Of a DNA stretch of 64,000 bases, positions 47,742 through 57,735 are shown piece by piece; position 1 is the stretch's first letter; each line of letters opens with the position of its first letter. The position numbers were made by a program, and so were the translations under genes. The notes beneath the pieces are model-generated. The model made no database searches, was not told the origin of the DNA, and was given only the letters and a program-made list of their open reading frames with translations. Origin of the DNA: Bdellovibrionales bacterium (lineage in GTDB: Bacteria > Bdellovibrionota > Bdellovibrionia > Bdellovibrionales > DASUEL01); NCBI GenBank assembly GCA_050250255.1, contig JBFWOZ010000001.1:32001-96000 (forward strand), written 5' to 3'.

Positions 47742-48520
47742 TGCAAAAGTACCCAAAAAAGTTTGGTTAAAAAGAAATCACTGATCACAATAATGATTGA
47801 AGAAGTCACAACTGATTGTGTGGTGGCGATACCGACGCCAAGGGTTCCTGCCTTTGAAGTCATGCCATAATAGCAGGCCGTCACGCCAATAACGAGTCCG
47901 AACACCACGGTTTTCATAAGTCCAACCATGTAGTCTTTTGTCGTTACGGTATACGCCACTTTTTGAATATAAAAATCTGCGTCCATTCCGAGCTCGGTCA
48001 CGGCTACAATCATTCCGCCAAAAATACCTACGGAATTAGCAATGATTGTAAGGAGGGGAAGACAAACAACGGTTGCAACTATACGGGGAATAACAATTTT
48101 TTTAATCGGAGAAGTTCCGAGAGCACGAATTGCATCAATTTGCTGAGTTACTTTCATAGAACCGATTTCAGAGGCGATCCCGGCACCAACGCGTGCGGCG
48201 AGCATAAGACTTGTAAAAATAGGTCCAAGTTCTTTCACGATAGAAAGGGCTACAAGTTTTGGAATATAAAGCTTGCCCCCAAACTTTTCTAATCCATATC
48301 CGTACTGAAGTGCCATCACCATGCCTGTACATAATGCCGTCGCCGATACGAGTACGGTTGACTTCACGCCCACATGATAAATCTGGTCGATGATGAGCGC
48401 GGGGTAGTGAGGACGCTTAAAAGATTCCCGAATTGCTTTTTGTAAAAGAAGGGCCGTGCCACCCACGAGGTTGACCTTGTCGACCATAAATTTTCCAAAA
48501 GTCAGGACCACTGCATTCAT
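47729..48520 (-). CDS. ABC permease, MlaE family
   Basis: KELGP, EIGSMKVTQQIDA, GVGIATT. Confidence 0.93.
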   Translation of the reverse strand: MNAVVLTFGKFMVDKVNLVGGTALLLQKAIRESFKRPHYPALIIDQIYHVGVKSTVLVSATALCTGMVMALQYGYGLEKFGGKLYIPKLVALSIVKELGPIFTSLMLAARVGAGIASEIGSMKVTQQIDAIRALGTSPIKKIVIPRIVATVVCLPLLTIIANSVGIFGGMIVAVTELGMDADFYIQKVAYTVTTKDYMVGLMKTVVFGLVIGVTACYYGMTSKAGTLGVGIATTQSVVTSSIIIVISDFFLTKLFWVLLQWTS

Positions 48521-49023
48521 TAGGGGGCCTCAAAGTTTTTTAGAAAGGATTTGAACACGTGTAGGTCCGATTCGAACTTTTTATCGAGAGCAATGTAGCT
48601 AATGGTATATGAACATCCGTTTTTCTTAAGAATCATGAATTCCATTTTTGTCATGATGCCATCAACTTTTCCTGAAATTACAGAGTTGAGTGCTTCCCGT
48701 TCGTTGTACGGAACTCTTTGTGACTTAAGAATTTGTGTTTCTTCTAATCCAAAAATTAATGATTGCTGTATGGATTCTAGAGAAGGATCTCCATCGTTGC
48801 ACGCAGAGCGAAAGGAAATGGATGTGTTATTAAATCCATTTTTCCATCCGTGATCGACGTCACTTGAATCAATCGCAACGAAAGGCTCTGGTGGAGCTTT
48901 AAATTTTATATTTTTTGCGGGTTCACTTTTCTTTGGACCGATTTGCACGGAAACACATCCGGAAACGCTGCCCGCTAAAAATAAAATCGCAATCATCAAC
49001 TTGAGCTTCATATGTTGTTCCAT
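48520..49023 (-). CDS. Hypothetical lipoprotein leading the mla-like operon
   Basis: Lipobox VSGC; stop overlaps permease start. Confidence 0.8.
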   Translation of the reverse strand: MEQHMKLKLMIAILFLAGSVSGCVSVQIGPKKSEPAKNIKFKAPPEPFVAIDSSDVDHGWKNGFNNTSISFRSACNDGDPSLESIQQSLIFGLEETQILKSQRVPYNEREALNSVISGKVDGIMTKMEFMILKKNGCSYTISYIALDKKFESDLHVFKSFLKNFEAP

Positions 49024-49229
49024 GGCCTGATGCTTTCAAAGGTTGGAAATCACTCAATTTCTTATCGGTCTTCCTTCAAAAAAAATAATCCCCTCCCAAC
49101 CTTAGGATAGGACGATTTTTTGTTTTTCTAGGTGTCATGCGTTTGTCAGGCCTGACAAGAAAACGTGGTCGAGTTAACCGCGGCGAATGTACCTGTTGCA
49201 GCTTAGCGCGGGTTGCAGTCGTTCTCTTC

Positions 49230-49244
49230 TGGCACTTGAAATGC
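49230..49244 (+). promoter_or_regulatory. Putative sigma54 promoter of flagellar operon
   Basis: TGGCACTTGAAATGC; perfect palindrome TTGTCAGGCCTGACAA at 49143-49158 upstream. Confidence 0.7.
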
Positions 49245-49267
49245 TCTTCATGGTGGTAGGAGGTTAC

Positions 49268-49429
49268 ATGCAGAAAAAATCTTTCATGATGGAGATGTTT
49301 AAGTCTCTGAATAGACTCGTAAAACAAAATATCGAGAGAAATTCCTATATGATCCTTCGACCAAAGCCCAGTGAGACAATTGACAGCGTGGCTTTAATTC
49401 GGCTTTTGAGAAGGAGAACTTCTCGATGA
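49268..49429 (+). CDS. Small basic hypothetical protein (53 aa)
   Basis: AGGAGG SD before ATG 49268; stop overlaps next start (ATGA). Confidence 0.55.
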   Translation: MQKKSFMMEMFKSLNRLVKQNIERNSYMILRPKPSETIDSVALIRLLRRRTSR

Positions 49430-52131
49430 AGTTGAACCAGCGTCTTCTTATCTTGATGGCTTGTCTGATTCCTCAACTTTCGTATGGGGATGACGGCGTA
49501 TCGGGAGCGCTCACGCGAGTGGGAGACGCGGCTCATGCGGAGTTCACTGGTAGAAAGTCCTGGAACTACGATATCCGAAAAGAAAATCAAAATATTATTA
49601 TTAATTTGCCACCTTTGACGGACAAAACAAAAGCTCAGCTCACGTCGTGGTCAGATAGCTTTGTTTCCTCAGTCCGAATTGAAGCGGGTCCTGATGGTGG
49701 AAACCTTGTCACATTCACTTTAGCGGCCAAAGATGTAGAACATTTTGATTACATCTCTGACCAGCCATCACGTTTGATTGTGGATTTTTATAAAAACCCC
49801 GCGCTACTAAAAAACAAAAAAACCTCAGTGGCGAGCACTCCAGTAGAAGTAAAGTTGCCTCCTAAAAAAGTAGAGAAACAAAAAGAACGTGTTATTGCAA
49901 GCGAGGCGAAAGAGTCGGAGTCTTTTCCTGCGGATGGAGAAAAAACAGATGTAGGAGTTTTTGATTCCGCAGACTCAAATTACTCTCGCTTCCAAATTTT
50001 GCCGGCTGATATCAAAGAAGAGGCAATTATTGCCAGCCGCGGAAATATTTACCTGCAGTATCCTATTCTTGATGACCGACAAACTCTCCTTAAAGAGCTA
50101 CAAGAAAATCCTCCGATTTATGAAATTCAACCAGAAGATACGGATGAAAACAAAAAGGCGAGATTGCTCTTAACTCTCTTCGGTAAAAATCGCCCAGCGG
50201 TGTTTTCTAAATCTCTCGAATTTTTTGAAAAACAATATCCAAAATCTCAATATATTGAGATGATTCAGTACCTGAAGGCAGATCTTGCATACGCAGATTG
50301 GAAGAAATCTCAGCTGCCGGAAGATTTAAATAAGGCCTTAAAGTTATACGAAATTCTCGTAGAAACATATCCTGAGTCAGTACTAGCAGAGAGAACGTCT
50401 CTGTTTGTCGGTTACTCTTATTTCGACCGCGGAGATTATCTTTCTTCCATTAAGTATCTTTCGAAATTTGAAAAGAAATATCCTGATTCAAAATACCGCC
50501 CTCAAGTAAGAGTGGCCTTAGCCGATGCCTATAGAGGTTTAAGAAAATACGGAGATACATTTGATATTCTTAGAAAACTCGAGGCTGATCCTGCTTCGCC
50601 GGATTATCATGCTCAAGCTTCTTTCAAAATGGGTGATGTACACTTTTACGGCAAGTCTTATAAGCAGGCTGTAGAGAGTTACACTTCATCTCTTGAAAAA
50701 TATAAAACAGCAAAGAAGGCAAATCCTTACTACAACTTGGCAGAATCCTATTTTTGGCTAGGCAAATATAAGGAAAGTCTGGATGCCCATAGGAAATTTT
50801 TGACCCTCTTCCCACGTCATGAATATGGAAATTATTCGATGGTAAGGGTGGGAGAGCTTCTTGAAATTTTAGGCGCTGATAGAAAAAAAGTTGACGGAGC
50901 CTATCTCGAAACAATTTTCCGTTACAAAAACAGCGAGGGTGCAGGAGTAGCGCGTATTCGCTTAACGGGTCAACGTATTAAAGACATGAAAGAAAAAGAG
51001 ATTGATGCGGCTCTTTTGGAAATCAATAAATTTGTAGAAAAATCCACGCTCCCTAGAATTAAAGATTTCGTAAGTATTTTAGTTTCAGACGGATATCGAG
51101 AGCGACGTGAATATCAAAAAGCTTTCGAGCTTCTCACAAAATTCTATAACGAAAATCCAGAGGCAGATCTTTCCATATTCCGCAAAAGAATCGTGCAAAA
51201 TTTGACCAGTCAGCTCAGCGTCTACGTACAAAAAGGTCAATTCATGGATTTTTTTAAAGCTTACGGAAAAGATGCTCCGTTATGGCTTAAGAATCCTGAT
51301 CGTATTGACATTGATTACTATCAAGGCCGAAGTTTTGAACAGGCGGGAGTTTCTTCAGAGGCGGCCACCTATTATCGTAAAGTTTTGAATCGTCTCTATG
51401 CGATTAAAGGTACAGATGAAGAAAAAGAACGCATGGTGATGGAAAATATTCCGAGCACCGATACGGTGAATCTCCGCCTGGCAGCGATGAGTTATCAAGA
51501 AAAAGATTATGGACAAGCGGTGTCTTATTTAGATGCCATTCAAAGTCCTTATAAGTTGAGCCCTGATGAACAGGTTGAGAGAATTGAAGCCTACGCAAAT
51601 GTCTTCATTCAAAAAGGATCTGTTGGCCAAGCAAAAAAATATTTGTCGGATCTTATTACCAACTGGAAAGGGCGTCCGGGACTTGTTTCCGCCCCCCTCG
51701 TGAAACTTTCAGAGCTTCAAATTGAGGGTCAAGAGTACGAGCGAGCTGAGCTGAACTTACAAAAGGTCATCTTAATGGAAAAAGATTCTGAGCAGGTTCC
51801 AAAAGAAACAGTGATTCACGCAATGGAACTCAAGGGCAATATCCAACTCAAGCAAAAAAAATATGAAGCTGCTGCGGCCACCTACCGTAAGCTCCTGGAA
51901 AAGTACGAAGAGGACTTCCCTCTTGAAGCCGTTCGCTACCGTTTAGGGAAGCTTCATTTTGAACAAGGAAACATGGTGGAGGCAGAAAAATCCTGGTCCA
52001 CCTTAAAAGAAAATTCCACGTGGGCAAAAATGGCAAAAGAACAACTTGAACACTCTAAGTGGAACAAACAATACAAAAAATATATTCAGCGTATTCCTTC
52101 AATGGCAGATGATAAAGGAGAGAAGCAATGA
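49426..52131 (+). CDS. Large exported TPR protein
   Basis: Signal peptide; many TPR units with YPxS turns. Confidence 0.88.
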   Translation: MKLNQRLLILMACLIPQLSYGDDGVSGALTRVGDAAHAEFTGRKSWNYDIRKENQNIIINLPPLTDKTKAQLTSWSDSFVSSVRIEAGPDGGNLVTFTLAAKDVEHFDYISDQPSRLIVDFYKNPALLKNKKTSVASTPVEVKLPPKKVEKQKERVIASEAKESESFPADGEKTDVGVFDSADSNYSRFQILPADIKEEAIIASRGNIYLQYPILDDRQTLLKELQENPPIYEIQPEDTDENKKARLLLTLFGKNRPAVFSKSLEFFEKQYPKSQYIEMIQYLKADLAYADWKKSQLPEDLNKALKLYEILVETYPESVLAERTSLFVGYSYFDRGDYLSSIKYLSKFEKKYPDSKYRPQVRVALADAYRGLRKYGDTFDILRKLEADPASPDYHAQASFKMGDVHFYGKSYKQAVESYTSSLEKYKTAKKANPYYNLAESYFWLGKYKESLDAHRKFLTLFPRHEYGNYSMVRVGELLEILGADRKKVDGAYLETIFRYKNSEGAGVARIRLTGQRIKDMKEKEIDAALLEINKFVEKSTLPRIKDFVSILVSDGYRERREYQKAFELLTKFYNENPEADLSIFRKRIVQNLTSQLSVYVQKGQFMDFFKAYGKDAPLWLKNPDRIDIDYYQGRSFEQAGVSSEAATYYRKVLNRLYAIKGTDEEKERMVMENIPSTDTVNLRLAAMSYQEKDYGQAVSYLDAIQSPYKLSPDEQVERIEAYANVFIQKGSVGQAKKYLSDLITNWKGRPGLVSAPLVKLSELQIEGQEYERAELNLQKVILMEKDSEQVPKETVIHAMELKGNIQLKQKKYEAAAATYRKLLEKYEEDFPLEAVRYRLGKLHFEQGNMVEAEKSWSTLKENSTWAKMAKEQLEHSKWNKQYKKYIQRIPSMADDKGEKQ

Positions 52132-53066
52132 GCGACACGATCATTACCGCAGATGCAAAGATGAGAGAGATTCTCACAATCGCGGAGAACGTGGCTTCAA
52201 GTCGTGCGACAGTTCTCATCAAAGGTGAGAGCGGTACCGGGAAAGAATTAGTAGCCCGATTGATTCATAGAAAAAGCTCTCGAATGAGTAAGCGTTTTGT
52301 CGCGATCAACTGCGCCGCCGTACCTGAAGGTCTGTTGGAAAGCGAGCTCTTCGGATTTGAAAAAGGTGCTTTTACCGGCGCCACCATGAGTAAGCCTGGA
52401 AAGTTTGAATTGGCGTCTGATGGAACCCTTCTACTTGATGAAATGAGCGAGATGGCTCTTCATCTTCAGGGAAAGCTGCTTCGTGCGATTCAAGAGGGTG
52501 AAATCGAACGCCTCGGTGGACGTGGCCCCATTAAAGTAAACGTCCGCATTATCGCAACAACAAACCGAGATCTCAAAGAGATGGTGAAGAACGGACAGTT
52601 TAGAGAAGATCTTTACTACCGTTTGAATGTCATTCCGTTAGAAATCCCACCATTAAGACAAAGACTAAAAGATATTGAATTACTAACAAAGCATTTCATT
52701 GGGGTTTCTTGCCTCATCAATGGAAAAAATGTAAAGGATATTTCTGATGCGGCACTGAGAAAATTGAAAGGTGCTAGCTGGCCAGGAAATATTCGCGAAC
52801 TTGAAAATACTATTGAGCGAGCTGTTCTACTTGCGAAGAGTGAAACCATTCATGAGGATGATTTCCCTTCTCTTACAAGCGCTCAGTCATCAACGATCTA
52901 TGATTTGTCTCCAGGAATGACAGTTTCTGATGCCGAGAAGTTTTTAATTTTGCGCACTTTAGATTACACCAGCCAGAATCGAACTCAGGCTGCAAAAATG
53001 CTTGGAATTAGTATCCGTACTCTTAGAAATAAAATTCAAGAATACAAATTAACGGGTGAATTATGA
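52128..53066 (+). CDS. Sigma54-dependent activator without N-terminal regulatory domain
   Basis: GESGTGKE, GAFTGA, FREDLYYRL, WPGNIREL, Fis-type HTH. Confidence 0.95.
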   Translation: MSDTIITADAKMREILTIAENVASSRATVLIKGESGTGKELVARLIHRKSSRMSKRFVAINCAAVPEGLLESELFGFEKGAFTGATMSKPGKFELASDGTLLLDEMSEMALHLQGKLLRAIQEGEIERLGGRGPIKVNVRIIATTNRDLKEMVKNGQFREDLYYRLNVIPLEIPPLRQRLKDIELLTKHFIGVSCLINGKNVKDISDAALRKLKGASWPGNIRELENTIERAVLLAKSETIHEDDFPSLTSAQSSTIYDLSPGMTVSDAEKFLILRTLDYTSQNRTQAAKMLGISIRTLRNKIQEYKLTGEL

Positions 53067-53470
53067 GCTTATTTGACAAGACCACGGGAGCGCTCGGCGC
53101 AGCGCTCAACCTCAGATTGCAAAGACAAAATGTCATCTCTGGCAATATCGCGAATGCGGAGACTCCGGGCTATAACGCCAAGAAGATGGATTTCGAAGGC
53201 GAATTGTCACGTGCTCTGGATCTAGATGGAAAGAGAAGCATCGAGACGACTCATGCCGGTCATGTGCCAGTACGCGGTGATCAGTTATCTCGCATCACTG
53301 GAGATATTTACGACAATCCAGACATCCCGGTGGATAACGATAAAAATACTGTGGATTTAGAAAAAGAAATGGCGAGTCTTAACGAAAACAGCATTCTTTA
53401 TAAAACGGCAGTGGAGTTGATACGTAAAAAACTCGGCGCCATGAAATATGCTGTATCAGAGGGTAGATAA
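53063..53470 (+). CDS. flgB: Flagellar rod protein FlgB
   Basis: NIANAETPGY, NTVDLEKEM. Confidence 0.95.
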   Translation: MSLFDKTTGALGAALNLRLQRQNVISGNIANAETPGYNAKKMDFEGELSRALDLDGKRSIETTHAGHVPVRGDQLSRITGDIYDNPDIPVDNDKNTVDLEKEMASLNENSILYKTAVELIRKKLGAMKYAVSEGR

Positions 53471-53904
53471 TGGATTTTCTAACGGGCCTTCGCATTGGTA
53501 GTAGTGGGATGACGGCGCAGCGAGCGCGCATGAATGCTATTTCAAGCAATATTGCGAATGTTAATACTGTTCGCACTCCTGAAGGTGGCCCTTATCGCAG
53601 AAAAGATGTGCTCTTAGAAGCCATGCCTGAAGCTAAAACTTTTGGCGAAGTACTAACAGGTGAAAAAGAAAAAATTCAGAGAGTGCAAGTAACAGATGTT
53701 CTTGTGGATCGTCGTGCACCTCTCTTGAAGTATGAGCCAGACCATCCAGACGCAAATCAAGATGGATATGTGGCGTATCCAAATATTAATTTGATGGAAG
53801 AGATGGCGAATATGATTCAGGCCACTCGAGCTTATGAAGCGAACGTTTCGGCAGTGCAGGCTACTAAAAATATGGCATTTTCAGCCTTGGATATTGCAAG
53901 GTAA
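53470..53904 (+). CDS. flgC: Flagellar rod protein FlgC
   Basis: NIANVNT..GPYRRK, HPDA..GYV.YPN, RAYEAN. Confidence 0.96.
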   Translation: MDFLTGLRIGSSGMTAQRARMNAISSNIANVNTVRTPEGGPYRRKDVLLEAMPEAKTFGEVLTGEKEKIQRVQVTDVLVDRRAPLLKYEPDHPDANQDGYVAYPNINLMEEMANMIQATRAYEANVSAVQATKNMAFSALDIAR

Positions 53905-53914
53905 GGGGTATTAG

Positions 53915-54238
53915 ATGGACGGAATTAATTTCTCCAATCTAGACATTCGATCAGGTGGAGTGAGTGGCACTCAATCTGCACAGGGTAAAACCTCACTACA
54001 AAAGTCAGATGGAACACAGAGTGATTTTGTTCAAACACTGAAGAACGCAATCAACAATGTAGATGGCCTTCAGAAAGAGTCTGATTTGAAGATGCAACAA
54101 CTGGCGACTGGTCAGAATACAAACATTCATGAGACAATGATTGCAGCTGAAAAGGCAGACATTGCGATGAGATTAATGGTGCAAGTACGAAATAAGATCA
54201 TCGAGGCCTACCAAGAAATCATGAGAATGCAAGTTTAA
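53915..54238 (+). CDS. fliE: Hook-basal body protein FliE
   Basis: QVRNKIIEAYQEIMRMQV. Confidence 0.96.
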   Translation: MDGINFSNLDIRSGGVSGTQSAQGKTSLQKSDGTQSDFVQTLKNAINNVDGLQKESDLKMQQLATGQNTNIHETMIAAEKADIAMRLMVQVRNKIIEAYQEIMRMQV

Positions 54239-54260
54239 GGTTCCTGACAGGGGAGGGTGA

Positions 54261-55910
54261 GTGAATACATTTTTAAGAAGTTTGTTTTTGCAGCTAAAGG
54301 GATTCTATCAGAATCAGACGCCTGTAAAGAGGATGTCGATACTGATCGTCTGCGTGATAGCTGTCACCTCTGTCATTATTATTGGTGTGATGATCTCTGG
54401 CCGATCTTACGTACCACTTTTTACGAGCGTGCCCCCAGAGCAATTGAGTATTATTCTTAATAAACTAAAAGAAAAGAATGTGAAGTTTGAAGTTCGTGAT
54501 GATGGAAAAACAGTGGCCGTGCCTCCGGAAATGCTCCACTCACTTCAAATGTCGATTATGACCGAATCCTCCTCCAATAAAATGGGGGAAATTGGTTTTG
54601 AGCTTTTCGACAAACAAAGTTTTGGGGTGACTTCTTACGCACAAAAAATTAATTATCAGAGAGCGGTTCAGGGCGAACTTATGAGAGCGATCAACACTCT
54701 CGATCCTGTGAGAAACTCAAAAGTGATTCTAGCCTTGCCACCTAAGAAAACTTTTTTAGAAGAGGGTGGTTCACCCTCGGCCTCTGTTGTGGTGGATCTC
54801 TATGATGGTAAGAATTTAACTCCAGAGCAAGTGAAGGGCATTACCCTTCTCGTTGCAAATGCCATTGAAAACATGGACTCAGATCGTGTCACGGTTGTGG
54901 ATTCTCGAGGAAAAGTGCTCAGTAAAAATAAGGGTGATCCAAGCATTGGTTTGACGAACGACATTGTAGAACTTAAGTTGAAAACTGAAGAGCAGTTAGA
55001 GCATCGTATTGAGTCGATGCTCGAGCGTATTGTGGGTTCAGGAAAAGTGATGGCGCGCGTAGATGCCGCTTTAAATGCTCAGCTGGTGACCTCAGTCGAA
55101 GAACAGATTGATCCAGATAAAACAGCCATTCGTAGCGTAGTCAGCGAAGAAGAGTCAATGAATGGAACACGCCGAAATCCTACAGGAGTTCCCGGCGCAA
55201 GATCTAATCTTCCTGGCGCTGAAGATCAGGGACAAGTGAGCTTTGGCCAAGACGTCAAAAAAGATCTTAAGACGACTAATTATGAAGTTCCAAAAACAGT
55301 ACGTAACGTTCGTGAAAATCCAGGAAAGATTGATCGGATTACCGTTGCCGTGGTGGTGGATGGTATTAGAACGGTCACCAAAAAAGAAGATGGTACGACA
55401 GAAGAAAAGTGGGACAGACGGAGCGCTGAGGAATTGGCTCAGTATGAGACCATCGTAAAAAATGCGGTAGGTTTTAAAGCGGAACGTGGTGACGTTGTTA
55501 AAATTGAAAATATTAAATTTGAGAAAGAAGATTTCTCTGAATCTGAACAAATTCTTTCGCAGCTAGAGAAGCGTAAACTTCTCAATTACCTCTTACGCTG
55601 GTCAGTCATCGGACTCGCGATGATACTCTTCTTCTTCCTTGTAGTGAGACCATTTATGAGATGGGTGACCGAAAGTTTTCAGGAGTCGATCGACGATATG
55701 CTTCCTAAAACAATTGAAGAACTTGAAGAGATTCAAGGCATTGATGGTGGGTTGCCTGGAATGTCGAGCGCTCTTCCTATTCTCGAGGAAGCCTTGGATC
55801 CTGATAAGGCCGAAAGTGAATTATTAAAAGAAAAAATTATGACCATTGTAGAACAGAACCAGAGAAAAGCTTCAAACGCTCTTGGTTTATGGCTTGTGAA
55901 AAAGGAGTAA
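54261..55910 (+). CDS. fliF: MS-ring protein FliF
   Basis: GFELFD, YQRAVQGEL, ASVVV, GVPGARSN; two TM. Confidence 0.95.
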   Translation: MNTFLRSLFLQLKGFYQNQTPVKRMSILIVCVIAVTSVIIIGVMISGRSYVPLFTSVPPEQLSIILNKLKEKNVKFEVRDDGKTVAVPPEMLHSLQMSIMTESSSNKMGEIGFELFDKQSFGVTSYAQKINYQRAVQGELMRAINTLDPVRNSKVILALPPKKTFLEEGGSPSASVVVDLYDGKNLTPEQVKGITLLVANAIENMDSDRVTVVDSRGKVLSKNKGDPSIGLTNDIVELKLKTEEQLEHRIESMLERIVGSGKVMARVDAALNAQLVTSVEEQIDPDKTAIRSVVSEEESMNGTRRNPTGVPGARSNLPGAEDQGQVSFGQDVKKDLKTTNYEVPKTVRNVRENPGKIDRITVAVVVDGIRTVTKKEDGTTEEKWDRRSAEELAQYETIVKNAVGFKAERGDVVKIENIKFEKEDFSESEQILSQLEKRKLLNYLLRWSVIGLAMILFFFLVVRPFMRWVTESFQESIDDMLPKTIEELEEIQGIDGGLPGMSSALPILEEALDPDKAESELLKEKIMTIVEQNQRKASNALGLWLVKKE

Positions 55911-55913
55911 TCT

Positions 55914-56948
55914 GTGAGTACAGTTCGTAAACCAGAAAACATAGATTATGATAATCTCAAGGGCTATGAAAAAGCCGCGATCTTGATCAATTATCTCGGC
56001 GCCGACGCAACGAGATCTTTGTTCTCTCAACTAGAGGACAGCGATATTCGCAAGTTGATCGGGGTGATGGTTCGACTCAGGGTTATACCCGTCCACGTGA
56101 CGAAAAAAGTTCTTGAAGAGTTCTACTCCATGATCAGTGAGTCTGAGGACTACATCTTCTCTGAGGACATTACGACAAAAGAAAATATCGTGCTGGCTGT
56201 CGGAGAAGAGCGCGCTCGAGGGATTTTAGGTCACTTGAATATCCGCGGCGGTTCAAAGAGTCTTGAAAGCTTAGACTTAGTGGACGCTAAATCTTTAGCG
56301 AATTTCTTGGTGAATGAACATCCGCAAACTGTTGCCGTAGTTCTTTCGCACCTGGAACCAGAAAAGAAGGGTGAGGTTCTCAAAAGACTTCCTGAAGCTC
56401 TTCAAGCTGAAGTGGTCTTGAGAATGGCACATTTAGATTACATTGACCCACAATTGATTGCGGAACTCGATACTGTCTTAAAACAAGAACTTTCAATGAT
56501 GGGTACAGTAGAGCAAGCTTCTCTCGGTGGGACTCAGCCGGTTGCAGAAATGCTGAACGTGATGGATAAAAACACTGAAACAGCCATCATGTCGCGTATT
56601 GAAGAAAAAGATCCTATTCTTGCAGAAGAAATTCGTAAATTGATGTTTGTATTCGAAGATATTCTTAAGATTGATGATCGCGGTATGCAGACTCTTCTTA
56701 AGGAAGTTCCGAACGATAAACTTCTCTTGGCTCTTAAGACGGCCAACGAAGATATCAAGAACAAAATTTTTAAGAACTTGTCTGCTCGTGCTGCCACTCT
56801 ACTTAAAGAAGATTTGGAATCTATGGGACCTGCACGTCTTTCTGATGTGGAACAGGCTCAGCAGCTCGTAGTCAATGCGGCGAGACGACTCGAAACAGAA
56901 GGTAAGATCCTAATTTCAAGAGGTGGTTCAGAAGATGCGCTCGTCTAA
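55914..56948 (+). CDS. fliG: Motor switch protein FliG
   Basis: EKAAILI, EHPQ, MFVFEDI, MGPARLSDVE. Confidence 0.96.
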   Translation: MSTVRKPENIDYDNLKGYEKAAILINYLGADATRSLFSQLEDSDIRKLIGVMVRLRVIPVHVTKKVLEEFYSMISESEDYIFSEDITTKENIVLAVGEERARGILGHLNIRGGSKSLESLDLVDAKSLANFLVNEHPQTVAVVLSHLEPEKKGEVLKRLPEALQAEVVLRMAHLDYIDPQLIAELDTVLKQELSMMGTVEQASLGGTQPVAEMLNVMDKNTETAIMSRIEEKDPILAEEIRKLMFVFEDILKIDDRGMQTLLKEVPNDKLLLALKTANEDIKNKIFKNLSARAATLLKEDLESMGPARLSDVEQAQQLVVNAARRLETEGKILISRGGSEDALV

Positions 56949-57723
56949 GTCGATTATTACGAAAGAGCAAGCGGTGGGATTGGTTCTGGAGTTTCAACCT
57001 CAAAGTATGAAACGTGAAATTTCTCAAGAGGCAGAACAATATTTTGTTCGAGAAAAAACGGTCCAATCAGGGTTTAAGATGAGCCATTTGGTGGCAAGCC
57101 AAACAGGAATTGCTGAAAAAGAGAAAGCGGAGATCGAGAAGCAAGTGGAACAAATTGCTCTTGAGAAAATTAAAGAGATTCAAGAGCCGGCTTATAAAGA
57201 GGCCTATGCTATTGGTCTTGAAGAAGGCACAAAAAAAGCTTTTGAAGAACATAGGCAAACTATTCAGGAGCAGCTTGAGAAATTAGATATCCTCCTCACT
57301 TCTATGGGTCACATGAAGCGAGAGCTTATGGAGCAGAACGAAATTTATTTTATTAAAACCATACATACAATGGCTACAAAGCTCGCAGTTGCCCATATTG
57401 AAGAGCATAAAGAAACGATTATTTCGGTGATGAAGCAAGCCGTGGACCATGCGCAGTCGGAAGAAAATGTCATGGTAAAATTGTGCAAAGAAGATTTTGA
57501 ATTTGTTGAGAAGTTTAGAGAAAATTCCAAGAAAGAATTCGATTTTCTTAAAAAAGTAAAAATGGAAGTGAGCTCAGATATCAAATCGGGTGGCTGTATC
57601 GTGGAAACGAATTACGGGACGATCGATGCAACTGTAGAAGAGCGTATTAATAAGCTGTGGAGTATGCTAGAGTCAAAGCTACCAAAAGAAACTCCAGTGA
57701 TTTCTTCAGAAGATAAAACTTAA
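56935..57723 (+). CDS. fliH: Flagellar assembly protein FliH
   Basis: AxxxG repeats, GGCIVET..IDA; between fliG and fliI. Confidence 0.88.
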   Translation: MRSSKSIITKEQAVGLVLEFQPQSMKREISQEAEQYFVREKTVQSGFKMSHLVASQTGIAEKEKAEIEKQVEQIALEKIKEIQEPAYKEAYAIGLEEGTKKAFEEHRQTIQEQLEKLDILLTSMGHMKRELMEQNEIYFIKTIHTMATKLAVAHIEEHKETIISVMKQAVDHAQSEENVMVKLCKEDFEFVEKFRENSKKEFDFLKKVKMEVSSDIKSGGCIVETNYGTIDATVEERINKLWSMLESKLPKETPVISSEDKT

Positions 57724-57735
57724 AAACTTTCTAGG

